This document shows, in pieces, positions 9,358 through 19,479 of a stretch of 56,604 nt of DNA. Each line of letters begins with the position of its first letter. Position 1 is the stretch's first letter. Under the pieces are notes generated by a model. That model was not told the DNA's origin, searched no databases, and saw only the letters and a list, made by a program, of their open reading frames with translations. Where the stretch lies: assembly GCA_021413805.1 (NCBI GenBank), contig JAIOPR010000096.1, forward strand, positions 1-56,604, read 5' to 3'. The DNA is from Planctomycetota bacterium. GTDB taxonomy: Bacteria; Planctomycetota; MHYJ01; WSZJ01. The position numbers were made by a program, and so were the translations under genes.

Positions 9358-10251
9358 ATGAAGATCCGCATCATCGGAATCCCGATGGACCTCGGCGGCG
9401 ACCGCCGCGGCGTTGACATGGGGCCGAGTGCGATCCGGTACGCGGACCTGGAAGAGCGCCTTGAAAAAATCGGGCACAAGGTGGATGACCAGGGGGACAT
9501 CATGGTCCCGATCCCCGAGAGTCGGATCATCAAGGACCCGACGGCCAAATACCTGCCGGAGATCGTGAAGGCGAACAAGGTGCTGGCGGACTCGGTGGCG
9601 AAGGCGCTGAAGGAGGGATATTTCCCGCTGGTGCTCGGCGGCGACCATTCGATCGCGATCGGGTCGCTCTGGGGTGTGACGCGCATGAGGAAGAACGTGG
9701 GCATCCTCTGGATGGACGCGCACGCCGACTTCAACACTCCCGAGACGTCGCCCAGCGGCAACATCCACGGGATGCCGATGGCCGCGGCGCTGGGCCGGGG
9801 GCGCGATGCGCTGGTGAAGAACGACGACCCCGCGAGCCGCATCAACCCGTTGCACGTCGTGCAGATCGGGATCCGCGATGTGGACCCGCTTGAAAAACGC
9901 GCCATCCGCTCCAGCGGGATGCACGTATTCACCATGCACGAGGTGGACCGCTACGGGATGCCGGCCGTGATCGAGAAAGCCATGGCGCACTTCGCCGGCT
10001 GCGACCACATCCACCTGTCGTTCGACATGGACGTGATCGATCCTGACGAAGCGCCTGGAGTCGGGACGCCCGTGCCGGGGGGAATCACGGCGCGCGAAGC
10101 GCACCTCGCGCTGGAAATGGTCGCGGAGACGCACCGGATCAGCTCGATGGACCTCGTCGAGGTGAACCCGATCCTGGACGAGCGGAACCGCACGGCGGTT
10201 CTCGCGACGGAGCTCATCGAGTCCGCGCTGGGCCGGCGCATCCTGGAATAA
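9358..10251 (+). CDS. rocF: arginase (ureohydrolase family)
   Basis: GGDHSIAIGS, DAHADFNTPETSPSGNIHGMP and SFDMDVIDP...GGIT metal-ligand motifs, close to Bacillus-type arginase. Confidence 0.85.
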   Translation: MKIRIIGIPMDLGGDRRGVDMGPSAIRYADLEERLEKIGHKVDDQGDIMVPIPESRIIKDPTAKYLPEIVKANKVLADSVAKALKEGYFPLVLGGDHSIAIGSLWGVTRMRKNVGILWMDAHADFNTPETSPSGNIHGMPMAAALGRGRDALVKNDDPASRINPLHVVQIGIRDVDPLEKRAIRSSGMHVFTMHEVDRYGMPAVIEKAMAHFAGCDHIHLSFDMDVIDPDEAPGVGTPVPGGITAREAHLALEMVAETHRISSMDLVEVNPILDERNRTAVLATELIESALGRRILE

Positions 10252-10342
10252 CGGCCGGGGCGAAGGGCCGGGGCTGACGGTCGGGGCCTGCTGCCGGGGC
10301 AAGTCTGCAACCCCGGATCTGGCGCTTCGCGACAGCCTTCAC

Positions 10343-10909
10343 TTGCGGGGCGGAATGAGCGACAATCCCCGCATGGCCGCTCCCGATCCGGAACGCGAAT
10401 TCGCCGCCCTTGAGGCCGTCGCCCACGCCGCCCTCGACCACCCGGAGGCCCTGGCCCCGGTGCTGCGCGTGAAACCGCTTCTCACCCTGTGGTCCGCGCC
10501 CGCATTCGGCCCTCACCGGTCGTGGGTCCTCCTCGACACTCCCGGCGCGGATTTTCAGGTGCGTGAAGCACTCTGGGAGCGAGTCCCCGACCTGGCGGCG
10601 TTCGCCGAGCAATTCCCCGGCCACCAGATCCCGCGTCCCTCGGCGCCGACGCTGGTCGTGCAGGACGCTCGCATCGCGCGCACGGCGCTCGCTTCCCTCC
10701 TCGCCGAAGCCGAAGCCCTCCCGCTCCCGACCGCCCCGGCGCACTTCACGACCGCCGCCGTCGAGTGCAGCGCCGTCCGCTTCGACTCCCGCCCCGGCGC
10801 CCCGCGTTTCGACTGGGGATGGGAGATCCCGGCGGGGGGAGAAGCGCTGGCCGCCTGGTTCCTGGGGATGCGGGAAGTGATCGAGAAGGCGCTTCTGCAA
10901 GGCCTGTAG
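10343..10909 (+). CDS. hypothetical protein
   Basis: ORF with GC3-rich codon usage and no recognisable motif. The start is uncertain (internal ATGs nearby). Confidence 0.45.
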   Translation: MRGGMSDNPRMAAPDPEREFAALEAVAHAALDHPEALAPVLRVKPLLTLWSAPAFGPHRSWVLLDTPGADFQVREALWERVPDLAAFAEQFPGHQIPRPSAPTLVVQDARIARTALASLLAEAEALPLPTAPAHFTTAAVECSAVRFDSRPGAPRFDWGWEIPAGGEALAAWFLGMREVIEKALLQGL

Positions 10910-10916
10910 GCGGAGG

Positions 10917-12155
10917 CTACTCCGAGGTCTCGTTCGCGAGCACCTGCTCGAACGTCTGGCGTTTGCGCACGAGGCGCAGGGTGCCGTCGGGGTCGTGCAT
11001 GACCTCGGGGGCCTGCGGGTACGAGTTGTAGTTGATCGTGGACATCGCGGCGCAGTAGGCGCCGGCGCCGCCGAGGACGACGAGGTCGCCGATGTGCGGG
11101 CGGGGGACGTCGCGGGGGGCGAGGGCCTCGGGGTCGCCGGGAGCGGGGGTCAGGATGTCGCCCGACTCGCAGCAGGGGCCGACGAAGACGACTTTCGCGG
11201 AGCCGCGTTCGTCCGTCGCGAGGACGTCGATCGGGTGCTGCGCGCCGTAGAGCGAAGGGCGGGTGACCTCGTTCATGCCGGTGTCGAGCTTGGCGAAGAG
11301 GTAGCCGTCTTTCCCGGTGTCCACGACGTCGATCACGCTCGCGACGATGCAGCCGGCGTTCGCGACGAGGGCGGTGCCGGGCTCGATCTCGAGGTGGAGG
11401 GCGCGGCCGGTGCGCTGCTTGAAATCGGTGAATTCCTGGCGGACGTGTTCGCCGACGTCGAGCAGGTCGGTGGCCTTGTCGGCGGGAACGCGGGCGATCT
11501 TGAATCCGCCGCCGAGGTTCAGGACGCGCACGTCGGGAAGCTGCCCCGCGATGCCGAGGCTCATCCGCGCGACGCGCTTCCACACCACCGGGTCCGTGCC
11601 GCTTCCGATGTGCGAATGCATCCGCGTGACCTTGACGCCGTGGCGCGCCGCCAGGGCCCGGACGTTCTCGAGATGCTCGTGCCAGATGCCGAAGCTCGAC
11701 CCGGGGCCGCCGACGTTCGTGCGGTTCGTGGAGCCGCTTCCCAGCCCGGGATTGATGCGGACGGAAAGTTCGCGGCCGGGGAAGAGCTTGCCGAAGTTCT
11801 CGAGCTGGGTCAGCGAGCAGGCGTTGTAGAGCACGCCGCGCTCGATGTGCGCCTTGAGGTTTTTCGAAGGCGCCTGGCTGGTCAGCTGGATTTTCCCGGG
11901 TTCGAAGCCGGCTCGAAGCGCCCGCTCGACTTCGTGGTCGCTGGACGCGTCGATGTGCAGGCCGAGCGCGTGGAACAGCTTGAGGATCGCGTGGTTCGGG
12001 TTCGCTTTCATCGCGTACCGCAGCGTGAAACCGAATGCGTTCGGGAAAGCGAGGGCCTGGCGCGCGGCGGCCTCGAGCGAAGCCCGGTCGTAGACGTAGC
12101 ACGGGGTGCCGAAGCGCTCGCGGACGGCGGCGGCGAGAGGTTGGGTGAGGAACAT
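10917..12155 (-). CDS. fold-type III PLP-dependent decarboxylase (Orn/DAP/Arg decarboxylase family; diaminopimelate decarboxylase-like)
   Basis: YAMKANP (PLP lysine), HSHIGSG, LGGGF, EPGTALV and CCESGD motifs. Substrate cannot be assigned by eye. Confidence 0.8.
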   Translation of the reverse strand: MFLTQPLAAAVRERFGTPCYVYDRASLEAAARQALAFPNAFGFTLRYAMKANPNHAILKLFHALGLHIDASSDHEVERALRAGFEPGKIQLTSQAPSKNLKAHIERGVLYNACSLTQLENFGKLFPGRELSVRINPGLGSGSTNRTNVGGPGSSFGIWHEHLENVRALAARHGVKVTRMHSHIGSGTDPVVWKRVARMSLGIAGQLPDVRVLNLGGGFKIARVPADKATDLLDVGEHVRQEFTDFKQRTGRALHLEIEPGTALVANAGCIVASVIDVVDTGKDGYLFAKLDTGMNEVTRPSLYGAQHPIDVLATDERGSAKVVFVGPCCESGDILTPAPGDPEALAPRDVPRPHIGDLVVLGGAGAYCAAMSTINYNSYPQAPEVMHDPDGTLRLVRKRQTFEQVLANETSE

Positions 12156-12219
12156 GGGGGGCGGATTGTAGGGCGGCGCGCGGGAGGCCGAAAGCTAGAA
12201 ATGCACGGAAACCCGGGTG

Positions 12220-15200
12220 TTACCGTTCGACGCCGCGCTTCTCGAGAAGCGCCTTGTAGCGCGGCTCTCCCTTGAGCCCGGCAAAAGCGGGGTCCACGGC
12301 AATGTCCTGGGCGGCCTCGGGAGAAAGCCTGACGGCCTTCTCGAGGGCGTCGAGGGCGAAGCGGACGTCGGCGGAGCGGTCGGCGCCGTCGGGGGCCCGG
12401 GCGGCGGCGCGCGTCGCAAAACCAGCGGCGAGGGAGATCCACGGCTCGGGGTGCCACGAGTAGAGTTCCGCGCCACGCTGGTAGGCGTCGATCGCGCCGT
12501 CGAGGTCGCCCTGCCGGCGGCGTTCGTTCGCGGCCAGGATGAGCTGCATCCCCGAGGGATGGATCACGCTCCAGCGTGCGCCCTCGGATTTCCGTTCCTC
12601 TGGCGTCCCGACTTCGCACCGCGCCCGTTCCAGCGGCGTCAGTTCGCGCGGCACGGCCGCCTTCGCCGCGGCGAGCGCATCCACGGAAATTCTCCTCAGA
12701 ACGCCCCCCGGCTGCTGCACGATCAGCGCTTCCCCGCCCGGCACGAACCACCCGGCCTCGATTCCGCGACCGGTGTCGATGTACGCAATTTCCTGGAGGG
12801 AATCGGCGGCGACGAAGCGGATTTCGCCGGGCTGGGCGAAGAGGGCTAGGATGCGGCCGTCGGGGGAGAGGCGAACCCAGAATTCCTGGATGCGGGGCCA
12901 GCGGAACATCCCGGTCTGGCGGCCCGTGGCGGGGTCCCAGGAGCGGAGCGAGGCATCGGCGGCGGAGGTGTACAGGCGGAGGCCGTTGGGGGAGAAGAGG
13001 GCGTGGAGGGTCCAGCCGGTGTGTCCTTCGATGCGACGGACGGGCTGGCCGGAGGCGACGCTGGAGAGGACGACGTCGAAGGAGCGGCCGTTGGCGACGG
13101 CGAGGCGGTCGCCGGGGGTGTCGAGGGAGGCGTCGACGTAGTGTTCGAAGAGGGGGACGGCGCCGCGGGAGGTGCCGGAAACGCTGAAGACGCGGGCCTC
13201 GCGTGAGGCGATGTAGAGCGCGTCGCCGGGGAGGTTCCACGCGAGGCCACGGACGGGGAGGCCGTCTCCGGCGAGGCGGGCGGTGACGACGCCGGTCGAG
13301 GCGTCGCGGACGGTCGCTTCACCGGTGCGGGCATCGGCGACGAGGATGTGTGTACCGGTGGGGTCGGCGAGAGCCGTGGCCTCGAGGGGGAGGTCATCCG
13401 GCCATTCGGCGAGGGGAATTCCGTCGGCGGTGTCGAAGACCGACCACCGTGCGCCGGAAACCCGGCGGGCGACCGCCCGTTTCCCGTCGGGAAGGACCGC
13501 GAGGACTTCGAGGCCCTTGAGGCCGGAGAGCACCGACCCCTCCGGTCCCGCTTCGACACTCCAGAGGATGGCGAGCCGGTCGGATCCAGCGGAGACGAGA
13601 AATGCGCCATCGGGGCTGAAATCGACGGCGGCGGGCTCGTATTCGTGGCCGCGGAGGACGGCGATTTCGTGGCCGTCCTGCGTGTCGAGGAGGCGGATGT
13701 CCGCTCCGACGCGGTCGGCCGCCATGCGCCAGTCGGGTGAAAGCGTCGGCGCCGGCATTTTCGAGACGCCGCAGCGGCCGACCGGGCGCTTTCCTTCCGC
13801 GTCCCAAAGGCGCAGATCTCCTTCTTCCGTCACGACGGCGATGCGGCCATCGGCGTGGACTTTCAAGTCGATCAGCGCCAGGCCGTCGGCGGCGACGAAT
13901 TCGCGCCCGGGCTCGCCGGTGGCGGTGTCCCAGCGCCGGACGCGGCCGTCGGTGTGGGCCGAGAGGATTTCGCCGCGGCTGAACGCGAGGCCGACAACCG
14001 GGGAGGAGGTCTCGAGACGCCGGGATTCCGATCCGGCCGAGGCGTCCCAGATCCGCACCGCGCCGTCTTCCCCGCCCGTCGCGACGCGGGCGCCGTCCGG
14101 CGACCAGGCCGCCGCGGCGAGCCCTTTTCCCGGCGCGCCCAGCGCGGTCGGCGCTCCACTCAGCAGGTCCCAGGCCCGCGCAACGCCGTCGTCGCTCCAC
14201 GTCAGCACCCGCGACCCCGTCGCGTCGAACACGGCCCCGCGCACCGCGGCGGGGTGCTTCAGCTCGCCCAGCTCCGCCCCGTTCCGCACCACCCAGACCC
14301 GCACCATCCGGTCCTCGCCCACCGACAGCAGCTTCGACCCGTCCGCGCTGAACTCCACCGCCTTCACCGCCCCCCGGTGCGCCGTCCCGCGCCACAATTC
14401 CCGCCCGGTCGAAACTTCCCATAGCCGCACGCTCCAGTCCTCCCCCGCCGTCGCGACCGTCTTCCCGTCCGGCGACCACCGCACCGCATCCACGTACGAC
14501 TCGTGCCCGATGAACCGGCGGCGTTCGCGAAGCGCGAACAGCGCCCCGTAGAGCGCCGTGTTGGCCGCCGGTCCAGGGACCCGCTCCGCAGCCTCGAGCG
14601 CGACCAGCAGCGCCACCCCGGGATTCGACGGCACCAGTGTCGCCGACAGCGCCGCCAGCCGCAGCCCCTCCGCCCTCGCCAGCGCCACCTGCGTCGACTC
14701 CCTCGCCGAACGCTCCTCCCGCGCATTCTCCCTCGCCCGGTCCCGCTCCGACGCCGCAAGCCGCTCCGCGAGTCGCGCCATGGAAGACTCGTTGGAAGCG
14801 CGCTCGGCAAAGACGAGAGAGACGATCGTCCCGACAACCAGCGCAAACACGGCCGCCACCACCGATGCCGAGAGCCCCCGGTTTCGATGGACGAAGCGCC
14901 GGACCTGCTCGCCCAGCGTGTACCGGTAGACGCTCAAGGCCCTGCCGTCGCGGAAGGCCTTCACGTCCTCGGCCATTTTCTTCGCCGAATCCAGCCGCTT
15001 GTCCTTGTCCCGTGCCATGGCGCGCTCGACCAGCGCGGCCAGTTCAGGGGGCGCCTCGGGCTCCACCGCGAGCACGCGTTCCGGTTCGTTTTCGATGACG
15101 GCCCGGATGACATCCGCGGAGTGCGCGCCATCGTAGGGCGGCCGGCCGGTGACGATTTCATAGAGGATCGCGCCGAGCGCGTAGACGTCGCTCGCTTCAT

Positions 15201-16422
15201 CCACCTCGTTGAGCTCTCCCCTCGCCTGCTCGGGGGACATGTACGCCGGCGTGCCGATGATCTCACCCTGGAGCGTCAGCGGCGCTTCTCCTTCGCGGAC
15301 GGCCCCCTTGACTTCCCCGGGAGTCACCGCCGGCGTCTCGGAAGGTCGCGAGGCCGCTTCGGCCCACCCCGGCGGCACCCCCGGCAGCCGCGACGCCACC
15401 CCGGGAACTTCGCGCGTCTCCGGATGCCCCCGCACGCGCGCGATCCCCCAGTCGAGCACCAGCGTCTCCCCAAAATCCCCCAGCATCACGTTTGCCGGCT
15501 TCAGGTCCCGGTTCACGACGCCCCTCGAGTGCGCGAACGCCACCGCGTTGCACATGTCCACGAAGGCGTCCAGAAGCGACAACCGCATCGCGAGCAACTC
15601 CGCGCGCGGCTTCAACTCGATCGCGATCGTCTTGAGCCGCGCCGCCATCGTCTCGCCCTTCACGAACCTCATCGTGTAATACGCGCCGCCGTCGTCGCGC
15701 CAGCCGATCTCGTAAACCGGCACGATGTTCGGGTGCTCCAGCTGCGCCGTGATCCGCGCTTCGCGGAGGAATCGCCCCAGATCGCGGGCCGAAGTGCGCC
15801 GGGCGCCCGTCGTGCTGGCGCTGGCCGGCTTCGGGCCTTTGGCACCCCGCGGGGGGAGGATTTCCTTGAGCGCGACGTCGCGGCCCATCCAGGTATCCGA
15901 AGCGACGAGCACGCGGCCCATCCCGCCGCGCGCCGCTTCGGCCACCACCGTGTACCGCTCCTTGGGCATCGTCATGCCCTCGGCCGCGGGGGTGTCGAGC
16001 GAAGGAGGCCGGACGGTGGCGCTGGCGCCGTCGGGCGGTTTCAGGGCGACGGGGACGGCCCAGCGGATGCCGCGCCAGAGGGCCCTCCACAGGAGGGGGT
16101 CGAGAGGGCTGGCCCGGAGGACGGCGCGGACTTTCTCGGGGGAATTTTCGAGGGAAGCGACTTCGCGGTCGAGGGATTCGGCATCGACGAGGCGGAGCTG
16201 CGCGCGGAGGACGGGTGAGAGGCGATCTTCGGCCGTCCCGGTCGAGGGAGTGCGGGTGCCGACGAGCGTCACGGTATCCGCGGCGGCGCCGCGGAAGGTG
16301 CCGGGGATTTCGCGGGGATCACCCCAGAGCGACGCCAGGAGATCCTGCGTCAACGCGGCAGGCACGAGGCCACGCTTGGTCGCGATGGCGATCGCCACGA
16401 GCCGGCGTTGGGTGGGCGTCAC
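12220..16422 (-). CDS. Ser/Thr protein kinase with TM segment, multi-blade WD40 region and C-terminal TPR (1400 aa)
   Basis: VALKEI, RDLKPANVML, DWGIA and GTPAYMSPEQ kinase motifs. Hydrophobic helix LSASVVAAVFALVVGTIVSLVFA. Many WSPDG/FSPDG...W(D/E) repeats. TPR-like tail. Confidence 0.9.
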   Translation of the reverse strand: MTPTQRRLVAIAIATKRGLVPAALTQDLLASLWGDPREIPGTFRGAAADTVTLVGTRTPSTGTAEDRLSPVLRAQLRLVDAESLDREVASLENSPEKVRAVLRASPLDPLLWRALWRGIRWAVPVALKPPDGASATVRPPSLDTPAAEGMTMPKERYTVVAEAARGGMGRVLVASDTWMGRDVALKEILPPRGAKGPKPASASTTGARRTSARDLGRFLREARITAQLEHPNIVPVYEIGWRDDGGAYYTMRFVKGETMAARLKTIAIELKPRAELLAMRLSLLDAFVDMCNAVAFAHSRGVVNRDLKPANVMLGDFGETLVLDWGIARVRGHPETREVPGVASRLPGVPPGWAEAASRPSETPAVTPGEVKGAVREGEAPLTLQGEIIGTPAYMSPEQARGELNEVDEASDVYALGAILYEIVTGRPPYDGAHSADVIRAVIENEPERVLAVEPEAPPELAALVERAMARDKDKRLDSAKKMAEDVKAFRDGRALSVYRYTLGEQVRRFVHRNRGLSASVVAAVFALVVGTIVSLVFAERASNESSMARLAERLAASERDRARENAREERSARESTQVALARAEGLRLAALSATLVPSNPGVALLVALEAAERVPGPAANTALYGALFALRERRRFIGHESYVDAVRWSPDGKTVATAGEDWSVRLWEVSTGRELWRGTAHRGAVKAVEFSADGSKLLSVGEDRMVRVWVVRNGAELGELKHPAAVRGAVFDATGSRVLTWSDDGVARAWDLLSGAPTALGAPGKGLAAAAWSPDGARVATGGEDGAVRIWDASAGSESRRLETSSPVVGLAFSRGEILSAHTDGRVRRWDTATGEPGREFVAADGLALIDLKVHADGRIAVVTEEGDLRLWDAEGKRPVGRCGVSKMPAPTLSPDWRMAADRVGADIRLLDTQDGHEIAVLRGHEYEPAAVDFSPDGAFLVSAGSDRLAILWSVEAGPEGSVLSGLKGLEVLAVLPDGKRAVARRVSGARWSVFDTADGIPLAEWPDDLPLEATALADPTGTHILVADARTGEATVRDASTGVVTARLAGDGLPVRGLAWNLPGDALYIASREARVFSVSGTSRGAVPLFEHYVDASLDTPGDRLAVANGRSFDVVLSSVASGQPVRRIEGHTGWTLHALFSPNGLRLYTSAADASLRSWDPATGRQTGMFRWPRIQEFWVRLSPDGRILALFAQPGEIRFVAADSLQEIAYIDTGRGIEAGWFVPGGEALIVQQPGGVLRRISVDALAAAKAAVPRELTPLERARCEVGTPEERKSEGARWSVIHPSGMQLILAANERRRQGDLDGAIDAYQRGAELYSWHPEPWISLAAGFATRAAARAPDGADRSADVRFALDALEKAVRLSPEAAQDIAVDPAFAGLKGEPRYKALLEKRGVER

Positions 16423-16479
16423 ACACGAGAGCTTACACCGGGAAGGCGCCCCGGCGACAGGACCGCGGAGCCCTCGTGA

Positions 16480-16947
16480 CTAGGCCTGCTTTTTCGGCGG
16501 CTCGAGCAGCGCCTTGAAGCGCGAGTTGGCGGCCAGCGGGGCGAAATCCGCGTCCTCGGCGGCGGTCTCGCGGTACTCCGCGTTCGCTTCGATCGCGGTC
16601 CCGAGATCCCGGATTCCTTCCTCGGCCTTCCCGGAGCGCAGGCACGCAATGGCGCGGTTGTACCGGATGTACTTCGCGTTCGCGTCGGTCTTCAGGGCCT
16701 TGTCGCAGGTCGCCAGCGCGTCTTCGTTCCGGCCCGCGATCAACTGGAACGCGGCCAGCATGTCCATTGCCTTCACGTCTTTCGGCTGCTGGTAGATGTG
16801 CTTCTCGAGCATCTGGATCGCCTGGCTCGCGTTCCCCTGCATCCCGACGGCGTGCGCCTGGCGGCGTGAAGCGTTGACGTCGTCCGCCTTCTTCGCCAGC
16901 GCCGCGTTCGCCTGCTTCTCGATGACCTTCCAGTCCCAGACGCCCAT
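16480..16947 (-). CDS. TPR repeat protein
   Basis: 155 aa of 34-residue helical repeats (A..A...Y..A pattern). Confidence 0.7.
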   Translation of the reverse strand: MGVWDWKVIEKQANAALAKKADDVNASRRQAHAVGMQGNASQAIQMLEKHIYQQPKDVKAMDMLAAFQLIAGRNEDALATCDKALKTDANAKYIRYNRAIACLRSGKAEEGIRDLGTAIEANAEYRETAAEDADFAPLAANSRFKALLEPPKKQA

Positions 16948-16974
16948 CGTCCCCTCCCTGGTTCCCGAGCCTGC

Positions 16975-18390
16975 CTAAACCCAGCTCACAAACTGCTTCA
17001 CCATCTTGCCGAACACTTTGATGTCCTTCAAGGAAGTGAGACGGCTGAGGTGGTTGCCGATCATCGAGGGGCGCAGGTAAAAGCGCTTGTAGGCGCGGGA
17101 ACGCTCGGCCTCGATCTGTTCGCTCGTGAAGCCGGGGATGTCCATCGCGCTCTGGTTCTGCTCGTACTTGCGGTAGTCGTCAGAGGCGATCCAGCCTTCT
17201 TCCTTCGCCCAGTCGTACAGGTCGCAGCCGGGGAACGGGACGGCGCAGTAGAACTGCGCGAAGTCGAGCTTGAGCGACCGCACGAAATCCACGGTGCGCT
17301 GGATCGTCTGCCGCGTCTCGCCCGGAAAACCGAGCATGCAGTGCGCGGCCGTCTGGAGCTTCGCCGCCTTCGCCCAGTCGATCGCCTGCCGGATCTGCTC
17401 GACGGTCGTGCCTTTCTTCATCGCGTCCAGCATCTCCTGCACGCCGCTCTCGACGCCGAAACCGATGATCGTGCAGCCGGCCTGCTTGAAGAGCCCGAGC
17501 AGCTCGGGATCGACGTCGTCCACGCGCGAGTTGCAGACCCACTCGATGTCGAGCTTGCGCGCGATGATTTCCTTCGCGACGGCTTTCGCGCGCGGCGGCG
17601 ACAGCGTGAATCCCTCGGACCAGAAGAGGAACTCGCGGATCCCGTGCTTCTTGCCCCAGTACTCGAGTTCGTCCACGAGGTTCTTCGCGGAGCGCAGCCG
17701 CAGCTTTTTCCCGTAGTACGTGTGGTCCGCGCAGAAAACGCACGGATGCGGGCAGCCGCGGCCCGTGGCGACGAGCAGAAAGCGCCCGTCGGTGTACGGC
17801 ATCCGGTACAGGTCGGTGTTGATCAGGTCGTACGCCGGGAACGGCAGGTCGTCGAGGTTCTCGACCGGCACCCGGTCCGCGTTCGTCTTCAGCTCGCCGC
17901 CGCGCATCACTGCCAGCCCGGCGATTTCGTCCACCGGTTTCCCGGCCGCCAGCGCCACCAGCAGCTCCCGCACCGTCAGTTCCGGCTCCCCGCGGATCAC
18001 CGCATCCAGCCTCGGCGCCCGCGAAAACGCGTCCTGGGGAAGTGCGCTCGTGTGGATCCCGATGACGGCGACAAACGCCCCCGGCCACCCGCGCTTCACC
18101 GCTTCCACCGTCGTCATGTCGCTGTCGATCGAGGGCGTGACGGCGTTCATGACGACGAGGTCCGGCTTGAGCTCCGCCGCACGGCGTGCGACGTCCACGA
18201 AGTCGAGCTCTTCGACGATGCAGTCGTTCAGGTGCGCTTCGTGCCCGTCCTCCCGCGCCACGGCGGCGCAGTACGCCAGCGAGAGCGGCGTCCAGATCGT
18301 GGTCCACGCGCCGCCCCGCTGCATGCAGCGGCCCTCGCGGACCTGCTTCACGCCATGGTCAGCCGGAGGATTAAGTGCCCAGACGCGCAT
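16975..18390 (-). CDS. B12-binding domain radical SAM protein (class B)
   Basis: N-terminal cobalamin-binding-like Rossmann segment, then the CPHPCVFC (CxxxCxxC) cluster and TIM-barrel motifs. Confidence 0.9.
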   Translation of the reverse strand: MRVWALNPPADHGVKQVREGRCMQRGGAWTTIWTPLSLAYCAAVAREDGHEAHLNDCIVEELDFVDVARRAAELKPDLVVMNAVTPSIDSDMTTVEAVKRGWPGAFVAVIGIHTSALPQDAFSRAPRLDAVIRGEPELTVRELLVALAAGKPVDEIAGLAVMRGGELKTNADRVPVENLDDLPFPAYDLINTDLYRMPYTDGRFLLVATGRGCPHPCVFCADHTYYGKKLRLRSAKNLVDELEYWGKKHGIREFLFWSEGFTLSPPRAKAVAKEIIARKLDIEWVCNSRVDDVDPELLGLFKQAGCTIIGFGVESGVQEMLDAMKKGTTVEQIRQAIDWAKAAKLQTAAHCMLGFPGETRQTIQRTVDFVRSLKLDFAQFYCAVPFPGCDLYDWAKEEGWIASDDYRKYEQNQSAMDIPGFTSEQIEAERSRAYKRFYLRPSMIGNHLSRLTSLKDIKVFGKMVKQFVSWV

Positions 18391-18435
18391 CGGTGGTCTC
18401 CCGGAAAGGTTCCCCCCTTTCGGGTTGGGAGGCCG

Positions 18436-18464
18436 ATATTAGCAGGGAGGGGGGACCGGGTCCA
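18436..18464 (-). promoter_or_regulatory. promoter candidate for the radical SAM gene
   Basis: On the minus strand: TGGACC (18464-18459), 17-nt spacer, TAATAT (18441-18436). A GGGAGA Shine-Dalgarno-like box lies 7 nt before the ATG at 18390. Confidence 0.35.
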
Positions 18465-18623
18465 CCGACAAGAACGGACTTTCTCAAGCCATTGCTTTCG
18501 CTACCCCGGGGCTATGCCGGGCCGGGAAAAGGCCCGGACATGCCCGTCCCGAACTTGGCCCGGCTTACCCGCCGAAGCTCCGGACGCGAAGCGCCGGAGC
18601 GAAGGAGGGCGGTCCCTCCCTAC

Positions 18624-19355
18624 TCACGTGCGATCAGGCAAGTGGGTCCCGAACCAATCCCGCGCCAGCCGCGCCACGGCTTCCATAACCCCTTCCTCCT
18701 CGAAGGGATGCGTCGCATTCGGCACGACCTCCATCTGCGTCGCGACCTTCATGCGGTTGACCGCGTCATCGTTCATGTCGATGTTCGCCCAGTCATGGCC
18801 GCCGATGATGAAGAGCGTGGGCGCCCTGACCGCGTCGATCGCGTCCCCCGCGAATTCCGGCCGCCCGCCACGCGAGACGATCGCTTTCAGCGGGCTCCCC
18901 GGCTCCGCCGCCGCGACCAGTGCCGCTGACGTCCCCGTCCCCGCGCTGAAAATCCCGATCGGCAGGCCGCGCAACTCCGATCGCCCCCCGGCCCAGCGGA
19001 TCATTTCGCCCAGCCGCTTCGCCGGCGCCCCAACACTGAACTTGTAGATCGGCACAGCCGATTCCGCTTCCGTCAGCAGCCCGAAATCCAGCGTCGCCAG
19101 CCCCGCCTTCTCGAGCTCCTCCGACACAATCGCATTCCGCGGGTTCGGCGCGTCTTCGCCGCTTCCCCAGGCGAACACCACGACGCCGACCGCCCGGTCG
19201 GGCACATGGAGCGTGGCCTCGATCGAAAGCCCTTCGACAGGAATGCGGACCGTTTTTTCGGTGGCGGAAGCGGGCATCGTGGCGGCTCCGGAAAAGGTTT
19301 GGAGAGGCTCCGATGCAACGGGAGTGCCCGGTGAGTCCAAGGGGAAAGGGCGCAA
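18624..19355 (-). CDS. alpha/beta hydrolase (dienelactone hydrolase-like)
   Basis: Nucleophile-elbow-like IFSAG and C-terminal NATHPFEE. The start may be the internal MPASATEK. Confidence 0.7.
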   Translation of the reverse strand: MRPFPLDSPGTPVASEPLQTFSGAATMPASATEKTVRIPVEGLSIEATLHVPDRAVGVVVFAWGSGEDAPNPRNAIVSEELEKAGLATLDFGLLTEAESAVPIYKFSVGAPAKRLGEMIRWAGGRSELRGLPIGIFSAGTGTSAALVAAAEPGSPLKAIVSRGGRPEFAGDAIDAVRAPTLFIIGGHDWANIDMNDDAVNRMKVATQMEVVPNATHPFEEEGVMEAVARLARDWFGTHLPDRT

Positions 19356-19479
19356 TGGCGCGGAGAAGTCCCTAGGCGCGGCGGAAATTTCCGCGGTGAC
19401 TACTTCGTGGGGGCGTACGTCACGGTCAGGTTCGCAGAGCGGAGCCAGGTGTGGTCACCGATGGAGCAGCGACGAATTT

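Noticed and set aside
18391-18623. Radical-SAM precursor-peptide gene (RiPP-like) in the 230-nt spacer upstream of the radical SAM gene
   Set aside because: The only start-to-stop ORFs there are 9 codons or shorter (for example MSGPFPGPA). The spacer contains GC-rich hairpins and a plausible promoter instead.
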